Below, one piece after another: positions 1 through 11,877 of a stretch of DNA of 64,000 nucleotides. The DNA is from an uncultured Planctomycetota bacterium (GTDB taxonomy: Bacteria > Planctomycetota > Planctomycetia > Isosphaerales > Isosphaeraceae). The notes below the pieces were generated by a model. The model made no database searches. It had not been told where the DNA came from and saw only the letters and a list, made by a program, of their open reading frames with translations. Each line of letters begins with the position of its first letter. The first letter of the stretch is position 1. A program made the translations under genes and the position numbers. The stretch covers positions 384,001 to 448,000 of the forward strand of contig CAWGMQ010000005.1 of assembly GCA_963823665.1 (NCBI GenBank), in the 5' to 3' direction.

Positions 1-290
1 GCGGCGCCGGTGGCGCGGGTTCCAGTAATTAGTGGAACGGAGACCGACGAACAGATCTCGCGAGCCAACTTCTCGGCGAATTCCGGTTGGCATACAACCC
101 AAGACGCATTTCTTCCGGCGGAAGAAATCGCCTGGCCAATGTCCTTTTCGTCAGACAGCCATGTCTGACGATTCAGTCTCCCCGACCGCTGCGGCAGAGC
201 GGCCGCGGCGCGGCCGGACTCCTCTTGCACGAGGATGTGCCACCTGCTCGGGTCGCCCAGCCAGTATACGTTACTCACGCGGCTCTTCAT
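1..290 (-). CDS. Hypothetical protein, 5' part only (runs off the left edge of the window)
   Basis: ATG at 290 preceded by AGGA. The frame (MKSRVSNVYWLGDPSRWHILVQEE...) is open for 96 codons to the window edge and lies downstream of a consensus-like promoter. Confidence 0.5.
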   Translation of the reverse strand, partial: MKSRVSNVYWLGDPSRWHILVQEESGRAAAALPQRSGRLNRQTWLSDEKDIGQAISSAGRNASWVVCQPEFAEKLAREICSSVSVPLITGTRATGA

Positions 291-365
291 TCAATTCCTG
301 ACCGCCAACGGGGTTGTGTAACTTGAATTCTCCGTTCCCGGTCTGATTTCCCGATCACGGGCTAC

Positions 366-394
366 ATTATGTCCGATTTACAGTCCGTTGTCAA
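366..394 (-). promoter_or_regulatory. Putative sigma70 promoter, TTGACA-N17-CATAAT, pointing left
   Basis: Minus strand reads TTGACA acggactgtaaatcgga CATAAT: perfect -35, 17-nt spacer, 5/6 match at -10. Confidence 0.7.
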
Positions 395-751
395 CCGGAC
401 AATGTCGCTTTTCATGGCGAGCACATTTCAGACAAATAAGAGTTTCAACGCGCGTTCCTCTGCCTCTCGCAAAGTCGCTTGTGAATCTTCAACCAGAGGC
501 GCCTGAGGCGAGTTCTTTGCCGCTGCTTCTTGAGCTCTCTGATCGACGGTTTCTTGCGTAGAAGGCGGTACGACCGCATAATCCGGCACGGGCCCACAGC
601 GAGAGGCAACCCGATTGCTTTTCACATTCGCTTGGATCGTACCGTGCGTTACGAACTTTGCCGGAATGGTTGGCGGCACGCAAGAGGTTCGATCGGCTCC
701 AAAGCCCCGCAATTATCAGTTCAATGGCACGTCGGTGATGCGAAACCGCGC

Positions 752-2027
752 TCAGCGGGGATCCATGGATTGTGGCTCGATTGTTGCGGTCGCCCTGGCG
801 CCGTTGAGTCGGATCTTGAGTGTTCTGAGCTGCAGAGCTTGCGGCCCGTTTTCGGTCAGAATCGCGTCGCGCGAGATAACCTCACCCCCTGCGCAGGTGA
901 GAAGCGCCGAGAGCGTCTGCGGGTTGATTCTGGCACCGATCATGCGGACGCTGCCATCGCAAAAGAGGACTGGCGCGGCCTTACTGCCGCCGGCGCCCCG
1001 GAACGTGTAGGGGGCGGCGATACCTCCGGGCGGGCCGAAGCCCTTGAAAGCAGGGCCGACGTCGATGTCCTCGGGCTTGGTCCAGGGGATCTTGCGCGGG
1101 CTCGACCGAGCTGACGATCACGGTATTCGACGTGCCGTCGGTGATGTTCTGGAGGCGGATCGAGCCGCCGGCCAATGGCGGGGTCTTGGGGTCGACCTGT
1201 TTCGCTCCGCCGGGCCGGAAAACCGATCCGGGACCGACGAATGCGGCGTAGTGTGTGTAAGGCTCTTTCTTGTCGCCATGAATCGGGTCGCGGTAAACGT
1301 CGGGCATCCTGTCGAGGAGCGCCTTGTTCTTGGGAGAATCCCAGGGCTCGCTGAAGTCGTAGGCGTTGTATACGGCATTGGCCTCGAGATACGGGAGGAG
1401 CAGCACGCGCCAGGAGTGCCAAGGCTTGCCGTCGGGCCCGTAGATGACCGCGGGGGGCAACTTGCCGTGCACCGAAATGAAATTGTGCACGGCTAGACCG
1501 ATCTGTTTCATGTTGTTGATCGACCGGGCGCGGGAAGCGTCCTCGCGTGGATCGGCTGCGATTGCATCGGACCGCTCGGCCAAGAAAGGGATCTCGTCCG
1601 GCAGCGCGCGGAGCTGCGCGGTCGTGGTCGGGACCGGCCGGAGGAGCCAGGCCGCGTCGTTGACCCGCACGCGCGCAGCGGCTTTGGCTCCGGTCTTGAG
1701 GGTGAATATCGACCCCGCGGCGACGTCTGTGACCTGGACGCGTAGCACACGGCGCTCGCTCGCCGGTTTTGAGTCGTTGGTGACGAGGAGGTAATACCCT
1801 TCGGCGAAATACGAGCCCAGATTATTGCGGATCTGGGGTGACATCAATTCGGACGGCCCGAGAAGGATCGTCCCGTCCGGGTCAACGCGCGTAATGGTCA
1901 CGAACTGCGGCCCGGCGAGCGGAGCCTGCAGAACCGATTCGCCGGCTTTCTGGGCCTGGGCGAACGCCGCAGCGGGTGCGAAAAGCAAGGCCAGTGACAG
2001 GGCGAAACCATGGTGGCGGAGCCGCAT
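752..2027 (-). CDS. DUF1559 domain protein with signal peptide (frameshift near 1095)
   Basis: NNMKQIGLAVHNF, GKPWHSWRVLLLPYLE, EPWDSPKNK and ITDGTSNT motifs. The alternate frame continues IPWTKPEDI...FCDGSVRMI...LLTCAGGEVI to the stop at 752. Confidence 0.85.
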
Positions 2028-2186
2028 GAAGCATCTCCTCTGGTCTGAGGTGTCGTTGCCGCTGCGCTAGCGCACGACGACTGAAGCTCTCGGAGTCGAA
2101 GGCACGGTCGCTGCCGGCATGCGTTCCCGGGCGCCAGCGATTATCCGCTCGGGACCGGGCGCAAGCAATGCTGCGAGGCGAACGGG

Positions 2187-2853
2187 CTAGAGAACCAACG
2201 TGCTCAAGAGAAAGACGACAACGTGCAAGCCAAGCAGACCGGCGCTCAAAACCGCGGCTTCCACCCGATGAAAGAACGGACGATTCAACATGTAAAGTCC
2301 GCAGAAGAGACAGATCACAGATGCTGTCAGCGACAAGATGAACATCTTGACGAAGAAATCCATGCAGGCGTCGGTGAACCCGCCCACCGTGCGTGCGAGC
2401 AGCCGATTCGCCGTCACATTCCATGCCGGGCCTGAGACTCCGGCACACGTCCATGCCAGAACGATGAGGCACCCAGGCAGAGTGCGCCACAGCGGCTCGG
2501 CAACTCCGGCGATTGCGGCGGTCTCCGCCTTTTGGCGGAACGGCGGCGGTCAGTTCAGGCTCGGGCGACGATGAGGGGTTTGCACACGTGTCGAGCTGCA
2601 CCTCGAGCGGCGGCGTGCTCGCGATTCTCGCAACGAATCTAATCACCGCGAACGAGATTGAGAGCATCACACGGCCGAGGATGACACCCGTTGCCAGCCC
2701 AAATACGACAAAGGCAAGATCGTACGGCCAGACGCGCGCCGCCAGGAGAACGGCAATGAGGGCGATCAGCAAGGCGATCGATCGGATTCTTGTGCGAAGG
2801 ACGAGCACGTTCGAGGCTCGCGAACGAGACGGAAATTCGTGGCGTGCATTCAA
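2187..2853 (-). CDS. Hypothetical multi-pass membrane protein (frameshift near 2530)
   Basis: Hydrophobic helices in ORF 1882-2934 (SIALLIALIAVLLAARVW...) continue in ORF 2187-2417 (MFILSLTASVICLFCGLYML...). TTG start overlaps the upstream stop. Confidence 0.5.
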
Positions 2854-3251
2854 TTCGCCTTTGGTGGCGCGGCGACCATCGGCTTCAGGTTGGCGGGCTC
2901 GGGAAGTGTGCTGAGTGGAATGCAATTGGTCCACCTGAGCGGCTCATCGTATCGGACGTGGATTCCGTTCGCGAAGTTGACGTACACCGTCCCGAGCTTA
3001 TCGGTCGGGTGGTAGCGATCGACTTGATAAGAATCCTGCGCACTGACGTAGACCAGTCGTTCGTCGGTAACCAGGTACGGATCGTCACCGATTTCCAGGG
3101 CGAATCTCGTGCGCACCGTTTGCTTCGCGACGTAGACCGTCCCAAGATGGTAAGCGAAGAATAGGCCGAGCAGGATTGAGAGGGCGGCGGCGGTGCAAAT
3201 GAGAGCCCGCTTGATGAACTCTTCGCGCCTGACGGATGTTAATCCAGTCAT
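2850..3251 (-). CDS. Hypothetical membrane-anchored protein
   Basis: N-terminal hydrophobic segment ALICTAAALSILLGLFFAY followed by a soluble domain. Confidence 0.55.
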   Translation of the reverse strand: MTGLTSVRREEFIKRALICTAAALSILLGLFFAYHLGTVYVAKQTVRTRFALEIGDDPYLVTDERLVYVSAQDSYQVDRYHPTDKLGTVYVNFANGIHVRYDEPLRWTNCIPLSTLPEPANLKPMVAAPPKAN

Positions 3252-3642
3252 ACACACCACCCGTCGTCGACACGCGATCTCGTCCGCGCTGAACGATGAA
3301 TCGCCTTCAGCCGGAGAACCCTTGCGAGAGAATGACTTCCGCAATCAAGGATACCCGTCCGGTGAGCCACCACAAGAGGTGAGAAGGCGGTTTCGCAGCG
3401 CGCGCTCCGCCCTTCGCTAACTTATTGCGTCATGCCACTGCGCTAGGATTTATGTTTTTTTTTCTTAACCGCTTCGGATTGCGCCCACCACGTCGTCGGG
3501 CCGCTGCGTCTTTTGCGACTACCCCATTGTGCACACCGTGCGCCATTATGGTTGCTCACTGTGATGCATGTATTACATCAGTTTTGTTCACTGATGAACC
3601 AACCAATGAAATAGCAACCAACAGACCTGACAGGTGAAGACG

Positions 3643-6626
3643 ATGGGCATCGATAGAAAACGCACGCGGCGGTCGCGTGGCGCGTCGGCAGGGTTTTTCG
3701 GGTTGAGCCGCTCGAGCAACGGGCGCTCCTGGCGGCTACGACCGAGACGTTCAATGCGCCGTCATTGACCGATTTGATTGCACTGGCGCATCAGGGCCAG
3801 GATACGGCCCCCGCGGGAATTGCGCGGATGGTGAGCGCACTGGCATCGCAGCTCACGAGCGGGCCGCTCGCTGATCTTACGGCTGGCACCGTCGACGGCA
3901 ATGGGTTTGTCACCGAAGTGCAGAGCGTGGTGGCGAGCTATGCGACCAGTGTCGACAGCGCGCTCTTGCCCGAGTTCCCCAATGTCGACACGCTGCTGCA
4001 GCTCGAGGGGCAGCGGATTGTGGCCGACGAGACATCGCTGAATCAGCAGGAGGCGATTGGACTGCTCTCCAGCTCTGACTTAACCAGCCAAGCCGGGGCA
4101 GCCATCAATGCCCTGACGGCCGGTCCGCTCTTCTCGCTGCAAACGCCGCTCTCCGGCTACGCGGCCGCCACGCAGGCCTTTGAATCCGAACTGAACACCC
4201 TGGAACAGAGCCTGGGCTCTTCTTCAACGACACCGGTCACGCCTGCGGACGCGAGCACGACAATGCTGGCGGAAACCCTGGCCTATCAAACCGATATTCA
4301 CGCCTCGGCGCAGGTCACGCATCCCAACATCTCGAATATGGTGGACCAGGCCGTAACAAATCTCGAAAACACTGCAAGCTCGATTTCCTCGATGAGCAGC
4401 TCGGATGCACAGTCGGCAATCAGCAGTGCGATCACGGCGTTCGATACGGCGATCTACGATACGACCGGGATCTTCGGACCTCAGGGTGCGATCAGCGAAT
4501 CGATCAATTCCGGACGCGGATTTGCCCCTCAAACGGTCGACAACCGCGACGCCTTCAGCCTGACCGCCGTCTCCGGCAGCGCCAGCAGTGGAACCGCGAC
4601 CTTGACCGCAACCCTCACCACCTCAAGTGGCACCGGAATATCGGGCGCCGCGGTATACTTCACGCTTGACGGCGCGTTTGCCGGCATCGCGGCGACCGAC
4701 AGCGACGGAGTCGCAACACTGTCCGGCGTCCCGACATCCGACACCGTCGGAACAGACACCGGGGGAGTCGTCGCGTACTACGCGGGGAGCATTCAAGAGA
4801 AGTCCAGCATCGCTTCGGGCGACTTGACGGTTTCGGCGCTGGCCACCAGCGTCGCCAGCGTATCCGGAACAGCCAACTTCGGTGGCAGCGCCACTCTGGT
4901 CGCGACGCTTACGTCGACCTCGACAGGCCAGGGAATCTCAGGCGAGACGGTCTCGTTCACTCTCGACAACACGTCCGTCGGAACGGCGACGACCGACAGC
5001 AGCGGCGTCGCGACGCTCAGCGGCGTGACGACCACCGATGCCGCCGGCACCTACACCGATAACGTTGTGGCCAGCTTCGCGGGCGATTCGACTTACGCAG
5101 CCTCCAGCGGCACGGGCGACCTGACAGTTGCACAGGCAGGCACAACCCTCGCCAGCGTCTCGGGCACGGCATCCTTCGGCGGCGACGCCACCTTGGTCGC
5201 CACTCTCACCTCCAATGTCACAAGCCAGCCAATTTCCGGCGAAACCGTCGACTTCACGATCAGCGGCACCTCGGTCGGATCGGGCACCACCAACAGCAGT
5301 GGCGTTGCAACCTTCACGACAACCTCAGCGACCAGCTTGCCAGTCGGCGCCAACCCCGGCGCGGTGGGGGCCACCTTCGCGGGCGACACGAACTACACCG
5401 CCGCCCCAGCCGCAACGGGCGGCTTGACAGTCTCAACGGCCGCCACCACCCTCGGCAGCGTCTCCGGCACGGCATCCTTCGGCGGCGATGCAACCCTGGT
5501 CGCCACACTCACCTCCAATGTCACAAGCCAGCCAATTTCCGGCGAGACCGTCGACTTCACAATCAGCGGAACGTCGGTCGGATCGGCCACCACGAACAGC
5601 AGCGGCGTCGCCACCTTCACGACGACTTCGCCAATAAGCTTGCCGGTCGGTGACAACTCCGGCGTCGTCGGGGCCACCTTCGCGGGCGACACGAACTACG
5701 CCGCCGCCCCGGCCGCGACGGGCGACTTGACGGTCTCAACGGCCGCCACCACGCTTGCTAGCGTCTCGGGCACGGCATCGTTCGGCGGCGACGCCACCTT
5801 GGTCGCCACTCTCACCTCCAATGTCACAAGCCAGCCAATTTCCGGCGAAACCGTCGACTTCACGATCAGCGGCGTGTCGGTCGGGTCAGGCACCACCAAC
5901 AGCAGTGGCGTTGCCACCTTCACAACGACCTCGCCCATCAGCTTGCCGGTCGGTGACAACTCCGGCGTCGTGGGGGCCAGCTTCGCGGGCGACACCAATT
6001 ACGCGGCCGCCCCGAACGCTACGGGCGACCTGACGGTTTCACAGGCCGCCACCACGCTCGCCAGCGTCTCGGGCACGGCATCCTTCGGCGGCGACGCAAC
6101 CTTGGTCGCCACGCTCACCTCCAACGTCACAAGCCAGCCGATTTCCGGCGAAACCGTCGACTTCACGATCAGCGGCACATCCCTCGGGTCGGGCACCACC
6201 AACAGCAGTGGCGTCGCCACGTTCACAACGACTTCGCCAGTCAGCTTGCCGGTCGGTGACAACGCCGGAGTCGTCGGCGCCAGCTTCGCGGGTGACAGCA
6301 ACTACGCGGCCGCCCCGAATGCCACTGGCGACCTGACGGTCTCGCCGGCAGCCACGGGCTTCTCGAATGTCGTGGGCATTCTCAGCTCGGGATCGGCCGA
6401 CCTGTCGGCCACGCTCACCTCGTCGGTTTCGGGTCAACCGATCTCCGGGGTATCGGTCGAATTCTTCATCGGCACCACCGACGTCGGACCGGCGACCACC
6501 GACAGCAACGGCATTGCCACGCTCCCGGACATCTCGACGTCCGAGCCTTCGGGTACGGCGATATCAGTCACGTTCGCGGGCAACCCCGACTTTAACACGT
6601 CGACCGGCAACGGAACGCTGACGTGA
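3643..6626 (+). CDS. Large secreted Ser/Thr/Ala-rich protein with tandem bacterial Ig-like domains (adhesin-like); 5' frameshift near 3660-3695
   Basis: 953-aa ORF from 3765 with in-frame upstream RVEPLEQRALLA export motif. The ATG at 3643 is in another frame. About 7 Ig-like units (LVATLTS...GETVDFTI...TTNSSGVATF...ASFAGDTNY). Confidence 0.85.
5143..6355 (+). repeat. Four near-identical 303-bp (101-aa) intragenic tandem repeats
   Basis: Unit (G/C)CAGCGTCTC(G/C)GGCACGGCATC(C/G)TTCGGCGGCGA recurs near 5150, 5453, 5756 and 6059. Confidence 0.95.
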
Positions 6627-6769
6627 CGGATTGACGACCTGCTATCATCGACCGTTTGAACGCTGCGCAGAGAAGCTCCTCTTGATCGGTTGGCCACCGC
6701 CCCGCTACAATTGTCGGATGCATGCGGTGGATTCCGGTCCTGTCATGCCGAACCTGAGGAGCTTGATCG

Positions 6770-8005
6770 ATGCGATGCGCGCAGACGGCCATATCCGTCT
6801 TCTGGTCCTTGCCGCTGGTCCTGAACCTGATGGTCGCGGCTCGCGCGGGGGATATCGAGATCCGCGGGCGCGTGGTTGACGAAGCGGGCGGGCCGGTGGC
6901 GGACGCGGCCATCGACTATTTTTGGCGGGCCAATGGATCGGGTCGAGGGGGCGACGGTAAGTTTCTCGATATGAAAGTCGAAGCGAATATCAAGCTTTTC
7001 TGGGCGAACCTGGGGAAGATGGAACCCATGCATCCGGATGCGAAAACCGGGCCGGACGGCACGTTTCGCATCAAGGTCTCGGAGATCTACCACGCGGTGA
7101 TGGCGATGGACCGGTCGCGGCAGCGCGGCGGGCTGGTCCTTCTTCCCAAGGGAGACGCCCGGGCTCCCATCGAGATCCGTATCGGGCCCCTGGTCAAAGT
7201 TCGGGGGAAGTTTGAAGGCCCGCAAGCGGGCCTGGAGCCTGGCTGGACTCACGTCTACACGCAGGTGCCACCCGACCCGACGCGCCCGCTGCATACGAAC
7301 CGGCTCGTTAGTTGCGGCTCATACGAGGGCCGGTTCGAGATGCTGCTGCCGCCGGGTCGGTACCTGTTGAATGGATACAATGAAGGCAATCTGCGACTCA
7401 AGCCGGACAAAGAAATCGTCCTGAGCGCTCAAACGCCGGAGGTCAATCTGGGCGTACTTCGTTTGTCATCCGGCGACATTTCAATGGAAGACCGAGTGAA
7501 GCGCTCCAAGGAAAGCGGCTGGGGCGACTACACACAGCACTTTGGCCAGCAGCTTCCGCGCTGGCACATCAACGACGCGCGGGGTGTGAGCAAGGACGTG
7601 CAGGTCTCGGATTTCAAAGGCAAGTGGGTTTTGCTCGACTTCTGGGGTTTCGGCTGCCGCCCCTGCTTGTGGACAGGCTTACCCAACCTGATGAAATTCT
7701 ACGAAGAACACGCGGCCGATCGCGACCGGTTCGAGATTCTGGCGATCTGCTGCGACTACGACAACGAATTCAAGACAATGGCCGACGTGGACCGCCGGCT
7801 TGCGCCAATCGTCGAGCACGTGTGGGGCGGGAAGACGTTGCCGTTTCCGGTCATGCTCGACAGCTCGTTCAAGACCTGGGAAAGCTTCGGATTGCAGGGG
7901 ATGGGGACGGTGCTGCTGATCGATCCGGAGGGCAAGCTCGTCAAGGGCGATGAGACGGTTCTGGCGGAAAAGCTGCGCGACAAGGCGAGAAGCGTGCCGA
8001 AGTGA
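6770..8005 (+). CDS. Exported TlpA/thioredoxin-like (redoxin) protein with N-terminal carboxypeptidase-regulatory-like domain
   Basis: Signal peptide; IRGRVVDEAGGPVADA; SDFKGKWVLLDFWGFGCRPC (CxxC); VLLIDPEGKLV. Confidence 0.8.
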   Translation: MRCAQTAISVFWSLPLVLNLMVAARAGDIEIRGRVVDEAGGPVADAAIDYFWRANGSGRGGDGKFLDMKVEANIKLFWANLGKMEPMHPDAKTGPDGTFRIKVSEIYHAVMAMDRSRQRGGLVLLPKGDARAPIEIRIGPLVKVRGKFEGPQAGLEPGWTHVYTQVPPDPTRPLHTNRLVSCGSYEGRFEMLLPPGRYLLNGYNEGNLRLKPDKEIVLSAQTPEVNLGVLRLSSGDISMEDRVKRSKESGWGDYTQHFGQQLPRWHINDARGVSKDVQVSDFKGKWVLLDFWGFGCRPCLWTGLPNLMKFYEEHAADRDRFEILAICCDYDNEFKTMADVDRRLAPIVEHVWGGKTLPFPVMLDSSFKTWESFGLQGMGTVLLIDPEGKLVKGDETVLAEKLRDKARSVPK

Positions 8006-8027
8006 TCGGCGCGCCACTCAACTTTCG

Positions 8028-9284
8028 TCAATCACGGCGAAATTGAGATTCGCGCGGGGCATCGTAACGCACGTTCATTTCCGGTGTCTCCACCATCGCG
8101 CCGCCGCGATGGAGGGAATCCACGGCCGCAATCACCATGCCGGAGGTGAGGAGCGTTCGCTCAATCGGATAGTTGGCGCGACCGTTCATGACCAGGTCTT
8201 CGATGTGGCGAACAAGCGGGTTGAAAAAATCGGCCGTTGTAGCGCTTTGACCGGGCATGGGAAGGTACATCTGGCAGGAGATGATCTCGCCATTGTCTGC
8301 TCGCAACCCGGCGTAATTGAAGTCTCGGATCGAGGCCAGGAATAACGTGGTGCGAAAGCCATCCACATGATCGATCAAATAACCAAGCATGGCGGGAAAT
8401 GATTTCCGCGCCCATTCGAACGTGACGGCATCGCTCAGATAGCCGGTCGTGGCAGGTAGATTGTGGCTCCGGTTGAGCGCGGCCACCATGAGCCGGCGAG
8501 TGGTTGCGCGGTCGTCGCCCTCGAGGGCACGCCACAGCGCCTGGTCTCGCAAAGCCTGAATTCGGCGGATACCTCGTTCGCCGCCCCGCCGCCGTTCCGA
8601 CATGCATTGCGCGGTTTCGAGCCCGTGAAAGTCGTAGCTGTCGACGCCGCCGTAACCCACGCAGACGCTTTCGACCAGTGGGGCATCATACGGGACATCG
8701 ATCTGGGGCAGCCGCCAGGTGACGGGTAACGACGAGCCGGCCAGAAACGCGAAGCCGAGCCGGCGCGAGTCTTCGACCATTTCGCGGCAGCGAGGCCACG
8801 TAGTGGAGAGGTGCTTGTCGTTGAAGACCGGAACGCTGCGGCGGCTCTGCTCGTACACCCTCACCACTCGCTTGAAGAATTCATAACGCGGGTAAAGAGT
8901 CTGGCCTTTCTCGTTTTTGGGGTAGCGCCCATGCTCGGCGATCAAGACCACACCATCGACGGCCAAGCTTGATCCACCCAGGCAGAGCGCTTCTTCGATC
9001 GATGGAAACAACTTCAGTTTGTGCCGGGCGATTCGCTCGCGGCACAGGTCGTCCTCGGGAAACTGATCAATATAGACCGCGGCGATGTCGAACCGTGGTG
9101 CGACCCACGCTCCGCCCCAAGTGTAGCCCAGAGTCATGCGATCAAGGAAGTGCTGAGCGTGAGAAAGCGGTCGCACCACCGTGCCGATGAAGGCGACCTT
9201 TTTTCTGGGCTGTGCTGCCCGCGCCAGAGTCTGGTTCAGCGAGAGCGCAGCGGAGCTTGCCAGGAATTGGCGTCGTGTGGTCAT
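8028..9284 (-). CDS. Tat-exported conserved protein, Gfo/Idh/MocA-like oxidoreductase fold
   Basis: MTTRRQFL twin-arginine signal; LAVDGVVLIAEHGRYP, VPVFNDKHLS, FLAGSSLP and YDFHGLE motifs. The upstream part of the 917-aa ORF is antisense shadow. Confidence 0.75.
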   Translation of the reverse strand: MTTRRQFLASSAALSLNQTLARAAQPRKKVAFIGTVVRPLSHAQHFLDRMTLGYTWGGAWVAPRFDIAAVYIDQFPEDDLCRERIARHKLKLFPSIEEALCLGGSSLAVDGVVLIAEHGRYPKNEKGQTLYPRYEFFKRVVRVYEQSRRSVPVFNDKHLSTTWPRCREMVEDSRRLGFAFLAGSSLPVTWRLPQIDVPYDAPLVESVCVGYGGVDSYDFHGLETAQCMSERRRGGERGIRRIQALRDQALWRALEGDDRATTRRLMVAALNRSHNLPATTGYLSDAVTFEWARKSFPAMLGYLIDHVDGFRTTLFLASIRDFNYAGLRADNGEIISCQMYLPMPGQSATTADFFNPLVRHIEDLVMNGRANYPIERTLLTSGMVIAAVDSLHRGGAMVETPEMNVRYDAPRESQFRRD

Positions 9285-9431
9285 GGTGGTTTTTCCGACG
9301 GTGGGGTGAGGAGTGGGGGAGCGGGGGCTCGTCTCTGCACTGTATCTCAGAATAGAATCGAAGGCGGCGAGTGAATCAAGAGAGCGGGACTCTCTTGGCG
9401 CAGGCCGATCGAGGAAACCTTGCGATTCTTC

Positions 9432-11850
9432 ATGAGCACGGATCGGGACGAGCATGGCGAGCCTGGCGGGCGAAATTCGAGCGAGCCAGCTACCGGCCCG
9501 AGACGTCCGTGGCTGGCTTCCCTCGCGGTGTTTTGTTTCGCACTCGCGGCGCTGGTGCCCACGATTGGCGACTTCGGCCTGACCTGGGACGAGCCGGCGT
9601 ATCGCTACAGCCAGGTCGTCTCCCAGCAGTGGTGGGAACAACTGGGCAACGCTCGAACATGGCAAGACTCGAGCTCCCTGCTTGATCCCGATCAGCTTCT
9701 CTACTACTGGCCCTATGGCCGGCACGGGATCAATTTTCATCCTCCGTGGGCCGGCCAGTTGAACCTGGCGAGCTACGCGATCTTCGGCCACTGGCTCAAG
9801 GACATCCCCGCGCGGCGGATGGCAACCGTGATTCAGTTTGCACTGACGATCACGATTGGATTCCAGTTCCTTGCCAGGCGCTTTGGATTCTGGGCCGGTG
9901 CGGTCGCGGCCGGATCGCTGCTCTTCTTGCCGCGTCTGTATGGGCAGGCGCATCTGATCGATACCGATATGCCGGGCCTCTTGCTCTGGGCGGCGACCGC
10001 GGTGGCATTCTGGAAGGGGTTGTACGAGCCGCGTGCGCGGCGATGGCGGGTCGCTGTCGGTGTGCTGCTGGGTCTGGCGTTCATCGAAAAGATGGGGGCT
10101 GTGGTCGTGTTGCTTCCCCTGTTGATCTGGATGAGCGCGGTCGGGCTGCCGCGGGCGTTCTTCCGGCGCGGGGCAAAGCACGCGTGGTTCGACGGCGTAC
10201 TGACCTCGGGTTTGATGCTCGCTCCGCTGGCACTGGCCTTCCAGCAAATCCAGATCCTGCAGCGCCAGTTCCCACCGCCTCAGTTCACGGACCTGTTCAG
10301 GGATCGGCCCGCGAGCGACTGGCCCGGCGCGATCCTGGCCATACCGCTCTTCTTCTGGCTCTCGCGCCGGCTGCTGGGGCGGCTCTTCCCGGGCAGCAAG
10401 GTCTGGGGCGTCGAGCGGCCGGTGCTCGAAACGTGGACTGCGATCCTTGCCTTCGCGCCCCTCGTCGGCTGGCTGGGCAATCCGGCTTGGTGGCGGGAGA
10501 CGCTGCCAAGGCTTGCACATTACTACACGCTCTCCGCCGGGAGGAAAGGAAGCCTGCCGGACATCTCGATCATCTATTTCGGGCAGGTCTACGAATTTAG
10601 CCTGCCGTGGCATAACGGATGGGTTTTGATGGCGATCACGGTTCCGGCCGCGGTGCTGGGCGCGGCAGCGGTCGGGCTCGTGTGGGGCCTTTGCCGCGTC
10701 CGGCGCGATCGCCTGCCTCTCTACTTCTTGATGCACTTCGTCACACTGCCGATCATCCGGATGTACCCGACCCCAGCCCACGACGGAGTGCGGCTTTTTC
10801 TGCCCACATTCTTCTTCCTGGCGGCCTTTGCGGGCTGGGGCAGCGTCTGCGTGGCAGAGATTCTCTCGCGAACGACACGACTGGCCGCGGCCTTCGCGCG
10901 GCCGTTGGTGGGGAGCCTGGTTCTTGCTTCAGCCGCTGCCGCGCTGGTAGGAATCCATCCCTACGAGCTATCGTATTACAACGAACTGGTGGGCGGACCG
11001 CGGCGCCTGGGAACGCGGGTTCGAACTCTCCTACTGGTATGACGCATTCACGCCGGGCGTGATCGCCGATCTTAACAACAGATTTCCGCCGAGTGCCCAG
11101 GTGGAGTTCCTGAACAAAAAGACTGATACGGCTGTCGCCGTCTTTCAGGACCAGCGAAGCCTGAGAATCCTGCGGGGCGACATCATGCTCGGTTGGGGCA
11201 AACCGGGCTTCCCGTTCGCCTGGCTGCTCACTCAGGATTCCAAAGCGACGAGTTTCACCCGGCTGCTCTTTGCGATGCGGCCGTGGTACTCGCGCGAGCC
11301 AAGTCAGCTCGGGGGCGCGCGGGTTGCTACCGTGAGCGATCCGCTGGCCGTCTCACGCGCCTGGGGGCTGTTCGTGCTGCTGGAGGCGTCAGACCTCCAC
11401 CGCCGCGAACCTCCGGCCGCACCGCGGTGGGTGACAACGTATGTGCCATGGCTGGGGCGGTTCTGGGGTGACGGCCTGACCAAAGACCATGCGCTTGCGA
11501 TCAATCAACGGGTGCTCGATTGGTCGCGTTCTGATCCTGACGGGCTTGCGAAGGCCGCGCGGCATCTCGCCCTTGCCCGGCCGCTCGAGGACGATGAAAA
11601 CGCCAGGCGGCTGCACGCGCTGGTCACGTCCGATCGCAGCCGGGAAGGCTCAACCCAGCGTGAAGGATATTTGAACCAGCTCATTTCTGCCCGCGCGGAG
11701 GGTTTGCTGGAAGCCGTCCAGATCCTGAACAGGCACCGTGACGAGGTGATCGCAGTGATGACCCGATACGGCTATACGGACCCGAACAGGATCGGCGGCT
11801 ACCTCGACCGCGACCTTGCCGAACCTGCTCAGCTTGGCAACAGCCAGTGA
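9432..11850 (+). CDS. GT-C fold glycosyltransferase (ArnT/PMT, family 39-like); frameshift near 11000
   Basis: GLTWDEPAY, FHPPW, many TM helices, HDGVRLFLP and HPYELSYYNELVGG. The alternate frame continues GFELSYWYDAF into ORF 11059-11850. Confidence 0.85.
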
Positions 11851-11877
11851 ATTCGAGCGGGCCTGTTCGATAGCAGC

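Noticed and set aside
1..360. tmRNA, RNase P RNA or rRNA leader downstream of the strong promoter
   Set aside because: No tRNA-like ends, no GAGGAAAGTCC/ACAGAA RNase P cores and no boxA; an RBS-led open frame explains the region.
428..712. Short minus-strand ORFs between the promoter and the DUF1559 gene
   Set aside because: Several competing frames with no motif or clear RBS; no call can be supported.
5143..6355. Long regular repeats as a CRISPR array or DGR template
   Set aside because: In-frame 303-bp coding units with no unique spacers, and no cas or reverse transcriptase gene in the window.
9285..10781. N-terminal ~500 aa of the 917-aa minus-strand ORF
   Set aside because: Antisense shadow of the glycosyltransferase; the real protein starts at the Tat signal (9284).
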